Positions 25,501-34,681 of a stretch of 50,345 nucleotides of DNA are shown in pieces (within the stretch, counting starts at the first letter, position 1; each line of letters begins with the position of its first letter). The notes below the pieces were generated by a model. It was not told the DNA's origin and searched no databases. It saw nothing but the letters and a program-made list of their open reading frames with translations. This DNA comes from a virus (taxonomy: Duplodnaviria > Caudoviricetes), in IMG/VR virus record IMGVR_UViG_3300025600_000006, positions 1-50,345 of that record; one strand, given 5' to 3'. Position numbers and translations under genes: made by a program.

Positions 25501-26976
25501 TCAGACTATGCGTTCGTCTCTGAGTAGTCCCGCCTTCTTGAGCATCAACGCGGTGGGGTGGTCGATACTGTCGCCGTGATGGTAGGTGACGCCCTTGTGT
25601 TGAACGGTGACACCCAACTTGATTGGGTAAATCAGTCCCCGATAACCCGAGTGCATCTTGACGCCGAGCGAGGCCCACTTGGAACGCATGTACGCCTGTA
25701 CGGCGGCGTCGTTCTTCTTCGCGCAGGCTATCGACCCGCGTACGTCGCTCCGGTCCTCGGTATACATCCGGTAGTAGAACAGGATGTCCCCGAGGAACGT
25801 CACCCACGCGCCCGCGTGGACTATCCGAGTCCAGAAGTCCCAATCCTCGTATCCGTCGCGCATCTTCTCGTCGTATCCGCCGACCTTCTCCCACCACACG
25901 CGGCGGAACAGCGACCCACAGATGATTTGGTTCCCCTGCACGAAGTCGGCCTCTTTGGGGCACGATGTCTTACCCGCAGGCCACGTCTGCGTGTGGGATG
26001 TCCCGAACGTCTCCAGTTTGGGCGACACGATGTCGCCGCGTCCGATGAGTCGAGCAATGAAGCGCGGGTGTAGTCTGTCGTCTGCGTCGAGACAGCAAAT
26101 CCACGTCCCCGTAGCCGCCTCGATACCCGCGTTGCGAGCAGCGGAGACCCCGCCATTCTTCTGCGTGATGAGACGTACGGAGGGGTAGAGTTTGACCACA
26201 GCGGCGACATCACCCACAGTCGAGCCGTCGTCCACGACGATTATCTCGTGCGGCGGTGCGGTCTGCCCGAGTGCGGACTCGATGGCGTCGGGAAGGTACT
26301 GCGCCTGATTGTAGCATGGGATGATGACCGATACCGGCTCGTCGAGCACAGGATTCCATGTATGCGCCCACATGTGGACCGCGTAGGTCTCATCCGTTAT
26401 GCACTCGGGAGTCAGAGTGTCCTTCCACGAGTACGGGTAGAACCGCGTTGAGTTGAGCAACCGTACACCCGAGACAGTCGTGTCGGCGTTCGTACGCTTC
26501 CATCCGTGTCGCTGGAGCAGCGTCGTGAACATCCTTGGTCCGAGTTCGTTCTCAGCCTCGGGATGCGTGTGGTTGAACGTGTCCATGTAGTCCAGACACT
26601 CACGGATGAACGGGTGGTGGGCGACCGCGCCGAGGACGCCGCACGCGGCCCATACTTGGTTCGGGCCGTCGTACTCGATACCGAGGAACGCGTCGTGAGT
26701 CAACAAATCGTCGAATGAGCGCACGACATCCACGTCGAGGTCGAGATAGATGCCACCCGTCTCGTATAGGCGTGACCAACACGCGTACTGCGCGGCGCTG
26801 ACTATCTTGCCCCGCTCACGCATCGCGCGCGTGCAGCGAGACGACGGGATGTCGTCGTCGCCGAGCAGGTGAATCTCATAGTCGGGCAACTTCTCCCGCC
26901 ACGAGTCGATGTAGTTGTCATGCTCGGGGAGGGGCTTGCCGCCACACCACGCGGCGTAGATTCGCTTCGGAATCAT
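25501..26976 (-). CDS. Bifunctional glycosyltransferase: GT32/OCH1-like DXD domain fused to GT2 domain
   Basis: MIPKRIY..W.GG, GGIYLDLDV, GP..FT; then VSVIIPCYNQ, VVDDGS, ARNAG, LDADD, GYEDWDFW. Confidence 0.9.
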   Translation of the reverse strand: MIPKRIYAAWCGGKPLPEHDNYIDSWREKLPDYEIHLLGDDDIPSSRCTRAMRERGKIVSAAQYACWSRLYETGGIYLDLDVDVVRSFDDLLTHDAFLGIEYDGPNQVWAACGVLGAVAHHPFIRECLDYMDTFNHTHPEAENELGPRMFTTLLQRHGWKRTNADTTVSGVRLLNSTRFYPYSWKDTLTPECITDETYAVHMWAHTWNPVLDEPVSVIIPCYNQAQYLPDAIESALGQTAPPHEIIVVDDGSTVGDVAAVVKLYPSVRLITQKNGGVSAARNAGIEAATGTWICCLDADDRLHPRFIARLIGRGDIVSPKLETFGTSHTQTWPAGKTSCPKEADFVQGNQIICGSLFRRVWWEKVGGYDEKMRDGYEDWDFWTRIVHAGAWVTFLGDILFYYRMYTEDRSDVRGSIACAKKNDAAVQAYMRSKWASLGVKMHSGYRGLIYPIKLGVTVQHKGVTYHHGDSIDHPTALMLKKAGLLRDERIV

Positions 26977-27902
26977 GTGTTGTACTCCGCCATCACACGA
27001 ATCGCCTCGGGCGAGAGCCAACGGTCATTCACGTTGCTGTGCTCGGCCACGACCGTCCCGTCACCGCGCCCACGCTCGACTATCCAATACGACCCCGCGT
27101 CGCGTGTGTCAGGTGCCTCGTTGTCGGTGATGAGGCACTCGTGCAACTGCTCCCCAGCGCGCGCACCAATCGAGTGAACCACACAGTCGGGTGCCAGCGC
27201 CTTGACCACATCCGTGAGGTAATAACTCGGCATCTTGGGGACGAACATCTCCCCGTTGTGCCCCGACCGGATGGCGAGAAGCACCATCTCGACGGCCTCC
27301 TCGGGAGTGATGGAGTACCGTGTCATCGCAGGGTCTGTGATGGTGATTTCGGACCCCGCAGCGGCCTGCGCCTGAAACAGCGGCACGACGCTGCCCCTGC
27401 TACCGAATATGTTGCCACAGCGCACCACACAGCCCGCTGTGGCCCCCGCAGGCATCGAGAGGAACAACCGCTCGGCTATGAGTTTCGTCGCCCCATAGAC
27501 GTTCGTAGGGCGCGCCGCCTTGTCGGTCGAGAGTGCGACGACGAGCGGGACTTTGCCCGCTGTGGCGGCTGAAACGACGTTGTACGACCCGCCGATGTTC
27601 GAGTTGATGGCCTCTATCGGGTTCTCCTCGCACGCAGGCACCTGTTTCATGGCCGCAGCGTGTACCACCACGTCGATGCCGACCATCGCCTCCTTCAGTC
27701 GTGCGAGATTCCGCACGTCGCCCACGACGAAGCGCAGACGAGGGTCGTGACCGAACGCCTCAGCCATCTCCGACTGCTTGAACTCGTCACGGCTGTAGAC
27801 CGTGATGGAACGTGCTTGGGTGAGAGTCCAGCGACAGAACGCCTGCCCGAACGACCCCGTTCCACCTGTCACAAGGATGTTCAGATTGCTGATGTCGGCC
27901 AA
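26973..27902 (-). CDS. UDP-N-acetylglucosamine 4,6-dehydratase (PseB/FlaA1/CapD family)
   Basis: TGGTGSFG, SRDEFKQ, HAAAMKQVP, STDKA, YGATK, GSRGSVVP; TTG start inferred. Confidence 0.9.
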   Translation of the reverse strand: MADISNLNILVTGGTGSFGQAFCRWTLTQARSITVYSRDEFKQSEMAEAFGHDPRLRFVVGDVRNLARLKEAMVGIDVVVHAAAMKQVPACEENPIEAINSNIGGSYNVVSAATAGKVPLVVALSTDKAARPTNVYGATKLIAERLFLSMPAGATAGCVVRCGNIFGSRGSVVPLFQAQAAAGSEITITDPAMTRYSITPEEAVEMVLLAIRSGHNGEMFVPKMPSYYLTDVVKALAPDCVVHSIGARAGEQLHECLITDNEAPDTRDAGSYWIVERGRGDGTVVAEHSNVNDRWLSPEAIRVMAEYNT

Positions 27903-28492
27903 AGCACGCCTTCTTCCGTCAGATGTCCACATAGACAGTCCCAATCGGCTTTCAGCCCCGGAATCGGCTGCATAAAGCACTGGTGTGGGGTGTGCCGCGC
28001 CGTTTCACGGTACATCTCACCCGTCGTGAGCAGGCAGTAGTGCCCACAGTAGTCGATGTCCTCGACTCCGCTGCCCATGATGAGCGGGTGGCCGTCCCGA
28101 TAGACCCCACACAGCGCGTTGCCCCACCGAGACCGCTGGATACCCGTCGCGTGAGGACCGATGGCGCTGAGGCGGGCATACACGTCGGTCGGGACGATGG
28201 TGTCGTCGTCCAGAATGAGTAGTTCCCCGTCGGGCACAATGCCGATGGTGTACGCGCGCATCTCGTCGTGCTCGATACGCCGTCCGAGGCGGTCATTGCA
28301 GGGCACTCCCCTGTCTCGGATGTGGGTCTCTACCCGGAATCCGAGCGCGAGCAGCGAATCCGTCCACTCCCCACACCCCGGAGCGTCAAGTACCAGAATG
28401 ACCCGCCCACGGGGGATGTCGGATGCGCCGATAGCCGCGCAGACGGCCTCGCGCGCCCAATCTCTCGTCACAGGAATGAGTATCGTCAGCAT
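27881..28492 (-). CDS. Putative GT-A fold glycosyltransferase
   Basis: LTILIPV start, LILDDDTIVP DxD motif, C-terminal CGHL. Confidence 0.7.
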   Translation of the reverse strand: MLTILIPVTRDWAREAVCAAIGASDIPRGRVILVLDAPGCGEWTDSLLALGFRVETHIRDRGVPCNDRLGRRIEHDEMRAYTIGIVPDGELLILDDDTIVPTDVYARLSAIGPHATGIQRSRWGNALCGVYRDGHPLIMGSGVEDIDYCGHYCLLTTGEMYRETARHTPHQCFMQPIPGLKADWDCLCGHLTEEGVLWPTSAI

Positions 28493-28501
28493 TTCGTCCC
28501 C

Positions 28502-28546
28502 ATTCTACAGAAAAAGGTTGAAAAGCGCAAGGGGAAATGCTACAGT
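28502..28546. promoter_or_regulatory. Overlapping divergent sigma70-type promoters
   Basis: Minus TTGCGC-17-TAGAAT (glycan operon); plus TTGAAA-17-TACAGT (accessory operon). Confidence 0.6.
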
Positions 28547-28576
28547 GGACTCACAACCCGACAGAAAGAGGGGGAA

Positions 28577-28756
28577 ATGCTCGTCACGATACCGTTCGAT
28601 AGGGTTATCCGCATTGCGACTGAGCAGGCCGACATCGTTCACACCTGCCCAACGCAGGGACACGAGTGTCTGAACGACCGGCAGTTGAAACCGTACATTT
28701 CCGAGGAGTCGGAGTGCGTGAACTGCTGGATTCAGTATCTCCTGAACGAGAACTGA
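28577..28756 (+). CDS. Small Cys-containing hypothetical protein
   Basis: GAGGGGG RBS; first gene after promoter. Confidence 0.55.
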   Translation: MLVTIPFDRVIRIATEQADIVHTCPTQGHECLNDRQLKPYISEESECVNCWIQYLLNEN

Positions 28757-28757
28757 C

Positions 28758-28952
28758 GTGGCAGTCTACGAATACCGCTGTCCTACCTGCGGCTGGCGGT
28801 GGGAACTCAGCCGTCCGATGGCGGACGTGGACGTACCCGTCTACTGCGAGAACTGCGGGAACATGGGCAAACTCCAGTTCGTCTCGGCCCCATGTTTTCC
28901 GTGGTATCCGGGCAGCACGCGGGAAGTCTACAAGGGAAAGAGGAAGAAATGA
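28758..28952 (+). CDS. FmdB-family zinc ribbon protein
   Basis: YEYRCPTCG...CENCG. Confidence 0.8.
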   Translation: MAVYEYRCPTCGWRWELSRPMADVDVPVYCENCGNMGKLQFVSAPCFPWYPGSTREVYKGKRKK

Positions 28953-29164
28953 GAGACGTGACACCCGGAGTGGACGGGGACGCCGCGAGCATATTCGCGC
29001 GTTGGTGTTTTCTACTCGGTATCGTGTTCGTGGTTCTCAAGGTGACGGGGACTATCGCATGGTCGTGGGTGTGGGTGCTCGCGCCGTTCTGGCTCCCGCT
29101 CGTGAGCCTGTTCATTCTCATCTTCGTGCTTGCGATACTCGTTGCGATAACGGGGGAGAAGTAG
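28949..29164 (+). CDS. Small membrane protein
   Basis: IVFVVLKVTGTIAWSWVWVLAPFW motif; ATGA coupling. Confidence 0.7.
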   Translation: MRDVTPGVDGDAASIFARWCFLLGIVFVVLKVTGTIAWSWVWVLAPFWLPLVSLFILIFVLAILVAITGEK

Positions 29165-29353
29165 ATGAGCGCACTAGTGGACATCGGAAAAGGACTGGCG
29201 TGCATGTTGTATGTTCTCGCCGTCGGCGCGTGGGTGATGTGGCTGATGGCGGGAGTGGGTGTGGCAACCGGCACCCGCTGGATGTGGTTGTGGGTCGCGT
29301 CATGGGTGGTCACGATTCTGTTCGGCGCGTGGCTCATCGGTCGTGCGCTGTGA
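29165..29353 (+). CDS. Small two-TM membrane protein
   Basis: Hydrophobic; operon packing. Confidence 0.55.
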   Translation: MSALVDIGKGLACMLYVLAVGAWVMWLMAGVGVATGTRWMWLWVASWVVTILFGAWLIGRAL

Positions 29354-29598
29354 GTGTGACTAGCGGCAATCCGTGGATTCCGACCGTGTTGGCTGACGGC
29401 CAAGAAGTCCCGCTGACCTCATTGGGATTCGACATATCCCTCGATGGTGTAGGGATACTCCGTCTGACGGGCTATGCCCCCACGACGTTCGACGCCCGCA
29501 CCGCAATCGAGGGAGCGGGTATAGTGGAGTTGGCGCTCTCCTTCCCCGAGGGGGATGTCGTCTACTACACAGCGACGAGAATCGAGGAGTCGGCATGA
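29350..29598 (+). CDS. Hypothetical protein
   Basis: GTGA/ATGA coupling at both ends. Confidence 0.5.
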   Translation: MSVTSGNPWIPTVLADGQEVPLTSLGFDISLDGVGILRLTGYAPTTFDARTAIEGAGIVELALSFPEGDVVYYTATRIEESA

Positions 29599-30134
29599 AA
29601 GACATCGGCTCGGTGGAGTACAGAATCATCGACCCAGACACGGGCGGGGAGAAGGGTACCAAGTTGGAGAGGTACGACCTCATCCCAGTCACGCCGCTGG
29701 CGTCCATCGCTCGCCACTACGGGGTCGGTGCCCGCAAGTACACCGACCGCAACTGGGAGCGCGGCTACCTGTGGTCTCTGTCGTTCGCGGCCATGATGCG
29801 TCACGCGTGGGCGTTCTGGGGCGGGGAGGACATTGACGTCGAGACGGGTTCGCCCCACCTAGCCGCCGTCGTGTTCCATGCGGTCGCGTTGATGGAATAC
29901 GGACAGACCCACCCCGAGAAGGATGATAGGCCATCCCGGTCGGCTGAGGCGTATGCCCTACGCATCGACCTCTCGACACAGGATTCCCCGAACACCCATC
30001 TCGACATCGCTACTGGCAAGGTCACAAAGAAGAAATGCACCAACTGTGTCAACGGTGAGTCCAACAGTGTCACACCGCACCCCGTCTCGTGTCCGTCCTG
30101 TGTGTCGTGGTCAAACTGGGAAGGAATCAAATGA
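29595..30134 (+). CDS. dATP/dGTP diphosphohydrolase-like (DUF5664) protein
   Basis: RYDLIP...GARKY..RNWERG...RH...GEDID.ETGSPHLA motif. Confidence 0.8.
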   Translation: MKDIGSVEYRIIDPDTGGEKGTKLERYDLIPVTPLASIARHYGVGARKYTDRNWERGYLWSLSFAAMMRHAWAFWGGEDIDVETGSPHLAAVVFHAVALMEYGQTHPEKDDRPSRSAEAYALRIDLSTQDSPNTHLDIATGKVTKKKCTNCVNGESNSVTPHPVSCPSCVSWSNWEGIK

Positions 30135-30583
30135 GCATCAAAGAACACGAGGCCGCACTACTGGTTGCCGCATTCGACCAGTGGGCGGGTGAAGGCCCGA
30201 GCGAGACAATCGACCTCGCGGGCGACCCGCTGGACTGGCCGCTGGAGGAGAGACCAGTTTGCTACGTTGCCTCGTATTACACGGCCAATCCAGCGCAGGG
30301 TGTGGCAAACGCGGCCCACTGGGCTGAGAAGTTGGTCGAGGCGGGGTATCTCCCGCTGGTGCCTCACTTCAGCATCCTCTTTGACATGCTGATGCCGCAG
30401 ACACCCGAGTTTTGGTACGCTCTGGACCTCGGGTTGCTCGCGCGCTGTGACTTCATGTTCGTGTGCCCCGATTACCTTACAGCGCACTCGGCGGGCGTGC
30501 TCAAAGAGATGGCGTTCGCCGTGGAGCACGATATTCCAATCATGGAAGATGTCGTCCCCGCCGTGGACAGGTACCGCCAATGA
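30131..30583 (+). CDS. Nucleoside deoxyribosyltransferase-like (DUF4406/DUF1937-type) protein
   Basis: YVASYY...PLVPH...LLARCD...SAG...E..FA....IP. Confidence 0.65.
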   Translation: MSIKEHEAALLVAAFDQWAGEGPSETIDLAGDPLDWPLEERPVCYVASYYTANPAQGVANAAHWAEKLVEAGYLPLVPHFSILFDMLMPQTPEFWYALDLGLLARCDFMFVCPDYLTAHSAGVLKEMAFAVEHDIPIMEDVVPAVDRYRQ

Positions 30584-30774
30584 GCGAGTATCATGTCATG
30601 CCGTGGGAGAAGGGCACTTGGCGCGTGAGGCGGACCTGCGCGTGGAGGGCTGCCGGTATCCTCCCGACGAAGCGAGAGGCTATCGCAGCAGCGAAACACT
30701 GGGCGTTTCAACCTCACGGCATCGTGTGGATTCATCATCGTGACGGCACAATCGAGAGGAAGATAGAGCAATGA
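30580..30774 (+). CDS. DUF2188-like protein
   Basis: YHVMP...W.V...TKREAI..A...IHHRDGTI. Confidence 0.75.
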   Translation: MSEYHVMPWEKGTWRVRRTCAWRAAGILPTKREAIAAAKHWAFQPHGIVWIHHRDGTIERKIEQ

Positions 30775-31028
30775 AACTAATCTACTGTCCTCAGTGTCAA
30801 GATGTCGTGAGACTGACCCTCGACCCCCGTTCATGTGAGTGCGAAGAAAGCGGGGGCTACTACCTAGATGACCTCAACGCCGTCGTGTGGGGCGATGCCG
30901 TACCGCTCGGTATCCATAACGAGATATTCAAGTGGGCGTTGAGTGCCCGCCCACAGTCAGGATTGGGGTCTTGCTTCGACGCGTGGGTCATACCCGTGGA
31001 GTGTCCGACAGTGAGGAGTGAGTCGTAA
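30771..31028 (+). CDS. Cys-rich hypothetical protein
   Basis: MKLIYCPQCQDVV...CEC; coupled ORF. Confidence 0.6.
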   Translation: MKLIYCPQCQDVVRLTLDPRSCECEESGGYYLDDLNAVVWGDAVPLGIHNEIFKWALSARPQSGLGSCFDAWVIPVECPTVRSES

Positions 31029-31294
31029 TGCTGGATTACGAGGTCACATTCGGGGAGTTCTGGCATGACCTAGTTTGTGACTCCGACGGAAACCTCAATC
31101 TCGATTCCGTCATGCGGGAACTGCACGACTACAAGTTCCTCCTCGACCAGATACCTAGCATTTACGACGAGGTGACTGGTGGGCGGCTCTCCAAGACCAA
31201 CTATCCCGCGAGCAGCGTCATCCAAGCATTCAACGATGCTCGTGAAGATGATATCGCTGACGCGATACAGGACTGGAAAGAGGATAACGAATGA
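31028..31294 (+). CDS. Hypothetical protein
   Basis: Coupled ORF with GAGGAG RBS. Confidence 0.6.
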   Translation: MLDYEVTFGEFWHDLVCDSDGNLNLDSVMRELHDYKFLLDQIPSIYDEVTGGRLSKTNYPASSVIQAFNDAREDDIADAIQDWKEDNE

Positions 31295-31503
31295 GCAACA
31301 ACGATTGGGATATGAACGGCATGGACATACTGCGTGAGATACGAGACCTGTTGCAGGAACTTGTTGACCGCACACCGACGCAGGCGCAGCGCTACTACGA
31401 GGCCACCGTTCCAACCCCACACGAGCATCAATGGCGTTTGATATGGTCCGACTTAGGTGGGTCTCATTATCGGTGTCCTTGTGGTATGGAAAAAACACGA
31501 TGA
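31291..31503 (+). CDS. Hypothetical protein with H/C zinc-binding tail
   Basis: HEHQW...CPCG; coupled ORF. Confidence 0.55.
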   Translation: MSNNDWDMNGMDILREIRDLLQELVDRTPTQAQRYYEATVPTPHEHQWRLIWSDLGGSHYRCPCGMEKTR

Positions 31504-31754
31504 GAGTGACCACGGAGAGTGGCGCGGTCTACGAGTTTCGTGACCTCAGCGCTGCGGGCATACAGTGGGTCCGCCGTTTCGCTGGAGCCAGTGTGACGTA
31601 TATGCGCCGGGATAGGGCATGGGTCTATGTTGTCCAGTGCGACGACATAGTGGTCGGTAAGCCCATGCGCCTCATCCTACGCGGTGTCGCGGAGGCCGGG
31701 GATACACTGAGGGTCACGACACCCGTGACGCAGGTGACGAACACGGTAAACTAA
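31500..31754 (+). CDS. Hypothetical protein
   Basis: MRVTTESGAVYE...TTPV; ATGA coupling. Confidence 0.6.
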   Translation: MRVTTESGAVYEFRDLSAAGIQWVRRFAGASVTYMRRDRAWVYVVQCDDIVVGKPMRLILRGVAEAGDTLRVTTPVTQVTNTVN

Positions 31755-31779
31755 TCGTCTCAGCGAGGTGGGTTGTTCT

Positions 31780-31811
31780 GGAGTGCGCTGATAGTTAGCG
31801 CACTTCTTTTT
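31780..31811 (+). terminator. Intrinsic terminator of accessory operon
   Basis: GGAGTGCGCTGA-TAG-TTAGCGCACTTC plus TTTTT. Confidence 0.75.
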
Positions 31812-31814
31812 GAT

Positions 31815-32156
31815 GTTTCCGGTTTCTCCGGACGGTTCGATTGTAGGTATCTACCATGAAAACACGACACCGGGTGACGGTATTTCATGGTGGGTATCCT
31901 TGGTGCAAGGACATCTTTGGGCTGATGTGTCCTTGTGGGGAGGATACAGTCTGTGTCGAGACAATCGGCTGGAAAGGTGACTGTCGTGACATAGGATGTA
32001 TCAGTGGACATGCGAAAGCCCGACCCTCCGGTGGTCGCATCTCCTGCGCGGAGTCGCTCTCGGAGCACGGGCCGGGCTTTCTGGGAGGAGTCAGGCGACG
32101 ACTCTTACGGGGGCTACCCGTCGCTGTTTGTGGCACGGTCGTCGTGGACTTCTCAT
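31815..32156. ncRNA. Candidate structured non-coding element, strand uncertain
   Basis: Multiple nested long stems; no convincing ORF. Confidence 0.4.
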
Positions 32157-32161
32157 GTGAG

Positions 32162-32191
32162 AGTATAGCACCCGCGAGAGGGAGGTGTCAA
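32162..32191 (-). promoter_or_regulatory. Near-consensus sigma70-type promoter facing the structured region
   Basis: TTGACA-18-TATACT with extended TG. Confidence 0.65.
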
Positions 32192-33017
32192 TAAGGAATA
32201 ACCTGTCGGATAGGCGAGAGATGACAGGGTAGAGACTGTGAGACTGAGAGGATAGCGCACAAAACGATTTTGGAGTTTCGATTCTCCGAGCGACCGACAC
32301 CCTAACGCACGCGATTACATACAATAGGGGAGGGTACCATCACACCCAACCATTACACCCAACCTTTGCAGTCTATCCTTACACTCTATCCATACCCATA
32401 CCCCTACCCCCTATGCATTACATTCAATATATAAGCATACACACTAGGTCTACCCTATGCATTACAGTCATGCATTGCACTATGCCCACGTAGCAGGCAC
32501 TACACACTACCCCCTCCCCCATGCCATATATGCAGCAGAACAGCACGCTAACAGGGTAGTACTCTACTGTGCTAAAGCAGGCAGGCCCGGGCGCACGTAT
32601 GTTGTGTACTGATAGTGTGCATAGCACTAGCCTATACAGACTAGTGTGAAGGTAACACTAGTGCTGTGACGCGCTGTAGTGCGCTATGTGGCAGGGGTTC
32701 TGTGGAGTGGCGCTACTGTACTAGAGCGTACAATCTAAGGGCGACAATATCCGTGCCAAGTGTGTCCATGTAACAAAGATTGTTACAAAGTCTACACAAC
32801 AAACTACACATAAAGTACATGGGTTCTACACACAATGTGCGCTATGTAGGAGCATACTAGACACGCAAGCAGGACAACGAACAGGGCAACAACGAGGGAG
32901 ATAAGGGAAGTGCAGCACTACTAGCACCCCGACACTCTACAGGGTAGCGCGCTGGTAGAGCGCTATCCGATAGAGTACCGCGACAGCGATACTCACGACC
33001 TAAGGGAGTGATGCTCT

Positions 33018-33395
33018 ATGTTCGACCATCCAGTGAGTAACGGTCCCAAGCCTGCACCGCGCAACATCGGAGAGGTGTACGTTGACACGCTCGTCAATCA
33101 TGGCGGTACGTTCGACCGTAAGATGTTCGCATCCGTACTGTTCACGGACGGGTATCTCGTAGCGACTAGGGCCGTCGCGCACGCTCACGTTCAGAAAGCC
33201 GACGTGGCATGGTTCCGTCGCGTCTGGCCGCATCGCGGCTCACTCGTCGGAACGTGGATTGACCCTGCTACGTCCGTCGTGTGGATTGACGTAGTGACTC
33301 ACACGCCGTTCCTCGGTGTCGCGCGCGCTATCGGCTCTATCAACGGCGAGATAGCGATATGGGACTGTGCGCGCGGCGAGAGCATCACGCTATGA
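33018..33395 (+). CDS. Hypothetical early protein
   Basis: AAGGGAG RBS; GTWID....VWIDV...AIWD motif. Confidence 0.65.
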   Translation: MFDHPVSNGPKPAPRNIGEVYVDTLVNHGGTFDRKMFASVLFTDGYLVATRAVAHAHVQKADVAWFRRVWPHRGSLVGTWIDPATSVVWIDVVTHTPFLGVARAIGSINGEIAIWDCARGESITL

Positions 33396-33514
33396 ACACT
33401 TGCCCCTACTGCGGAGAGACAGACTGTATCTGCACTCTCCTCGCCGACGAACCGCTACCCGACTACGATGCTAGTCTCGCCGTACTCGACGCTATCGAAG
33501 GAGATGCACAATGA
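33392..33514 (+). CDS. 40-aa Cys-rich peptide
   Basis: ATGA coupling at both ends; CPYCG...CIC. Confidence 0.45.
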   Translation: MNTCPYCGETDCICTLLADEPLPDYDASLAVLDAIEGDAQ

Positions 33515-33798
33515 CACGCCAAGACCGCCTAAACGACCACTGCCCGCTTTCAGTCTCGCCATGCGGCGACACCTGCCACTGGTACGACTCGTGTCCATCC
33601 TCACGCTTGCAGAGTCTCACAGGGCCTCTGAGCGAGCCACGGGGGCATATCCGACCGCCGCGTGTCTTGCGTCGTGCCGACCGTCGTGCCGAGAGACTTG
33701 CCCTGTGCATAGAGAGCGCCCGCGTGAGTCTGTACGTGCTGGGCGTCGCAGCCGTGACGGTCGCTCTCGGCTCCCTCGGCTTCTACCTCGCACGCTAA
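33511..33798 (+). CDS. Hypothetical protein with C-terminal TM
   Basis: AAGGAG RBS. Confidence 0.5.
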   Translation: MTRQDRLNDHCPLSVSPCGDTCHWYDSCPSSRLQSLTGPLSEPRGHIRPPRVLRRADRRAERLALCIESARVSLYVLGVAAVTVALGSLGFYLAR

Positions 33799-33815
33799 CC
33801 TAAAGGAGTAACATC

Positions 33816-33986
33816 ATGGCTCTCGACTTCTCCACCACGCGCACGCGGTTCACCGACTTGGCCGCGCACGTTGGCCACGACATCGAGTGTGTTGCATATG
33901 GTGACGTGCTCGACCCGGTGAACGTGTCCATCGAGTGTCTCACCTGCGGCTGTGTCCTGCTCGACGTGGACGCCGACGACGAGTGA
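33816..33986 (+). CDS. 56-aa zinc-binding hypothetical protein
   Basis: AAGGAG RBS; HVGHDIECVAYG...NVSIECLTCGCVL. Confidence 0.6.
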   Translation: MALDFSTTRTRFTDLAAHVGHDIECVAYGDVLDPVNVSIECLTCGCVLLDVDADDE

Positions 33987-33987
33987 A

Positions 33988-34674
33988 CTACTCCCGGTAC
34001 ACCCCATCCTCGCCTTGTGTAAGAAGCACAAGACGCTCGGCGTACTCGTCGGCAGTAAGGTCACTCGTATTGTCCTCGACACGTACTGTGACCTGCGTGT
34101 TCTCTACGATTCCATAGAGTGCCTTCTGCGCGTGGAAGTACAGCAACGGGTTTAGTGCGCTATTCCAAGCGGCTTGCTCCATGAAGGTTCTAAGAACTTC
34201 CTTACACACCGCGAACGCTCGTGACCTCGGCTCGTCGCTCGTTTCGCGCTCTATCTGGTTCATACGTTGCATGGTTACACCGTTCCATACAGCCCACGCG
34301 CCGATGGTTGGAGGTACCTTGTTGTCACCACTCCACGCCATGAACGACTCGAACGCGGCATACGTCTCCACTGGTGTCTTTGCTGGCGACGCGTGCTCGG
34401 CTCTAGCAGCGAGCCACCGTACCGCCAAAAGCGCGTGTCCGTTGTCCTCAAACAACTTACTCGGTGCAACGGCCATGCTCGCACTCTCGGCCAGTCTCGC
34501 GGCCAAGTGCGGCGGCACCATCGGAGCATCCGGTGCGCTGACGTACCTGACCAAGTCGGCTATCGCCTTCTCCTTGCTACCCGCCTCATTCGGATGCCGA
34601 CGCTTCTCCTCCTCGCGGCTTATCTTGCCCGGAGGTCGGCCCAGTCTCTTGCCTGCCTTGCTGTATGTAGTCAT
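33988..34674 (-). CDS. Probable terminase small subunit (P22 gp3-like)
   Basis: GRPP start, PPTIGAWAVWNGVT HTH-like segment, NPLLYFH.QKALYG..E..Q; no other TerS candidate. Confidence 0.6.
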   Translation of the reverse strand: MTTYSKAGKRLGRPPGKISREEEKRRHPNEAGSKEKAIADLVRYVSAPDAPMVPPHLAARLAESASMAVAPSKLFEDNGHALLAVRWLAARAEHASPAKTPVETYAAFESFMAWSGDNKVPPTIGAWAVWNGVTMQRMNQIERETSDEPRSRAFAVCKEVLRTFMEQAAWNSALNPLLYFHAQKALYGIVENTQVTVRVEDNTSDLTADEYAERLVLLTQGEDGVYRE

Positions 34675-34681
34675 AGTGACT

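Noticed and set aside
29595-30134. Z-base (2-aminoadenine) genome
   Set aside because: No PurZ-like gene is visible.
31856-32194. 112-aa ORF in the structured region
   Set aside because: Lies after a terminator, weak RBS, atypical codon use; pairing explains the sequence better, though coding is not excluded.
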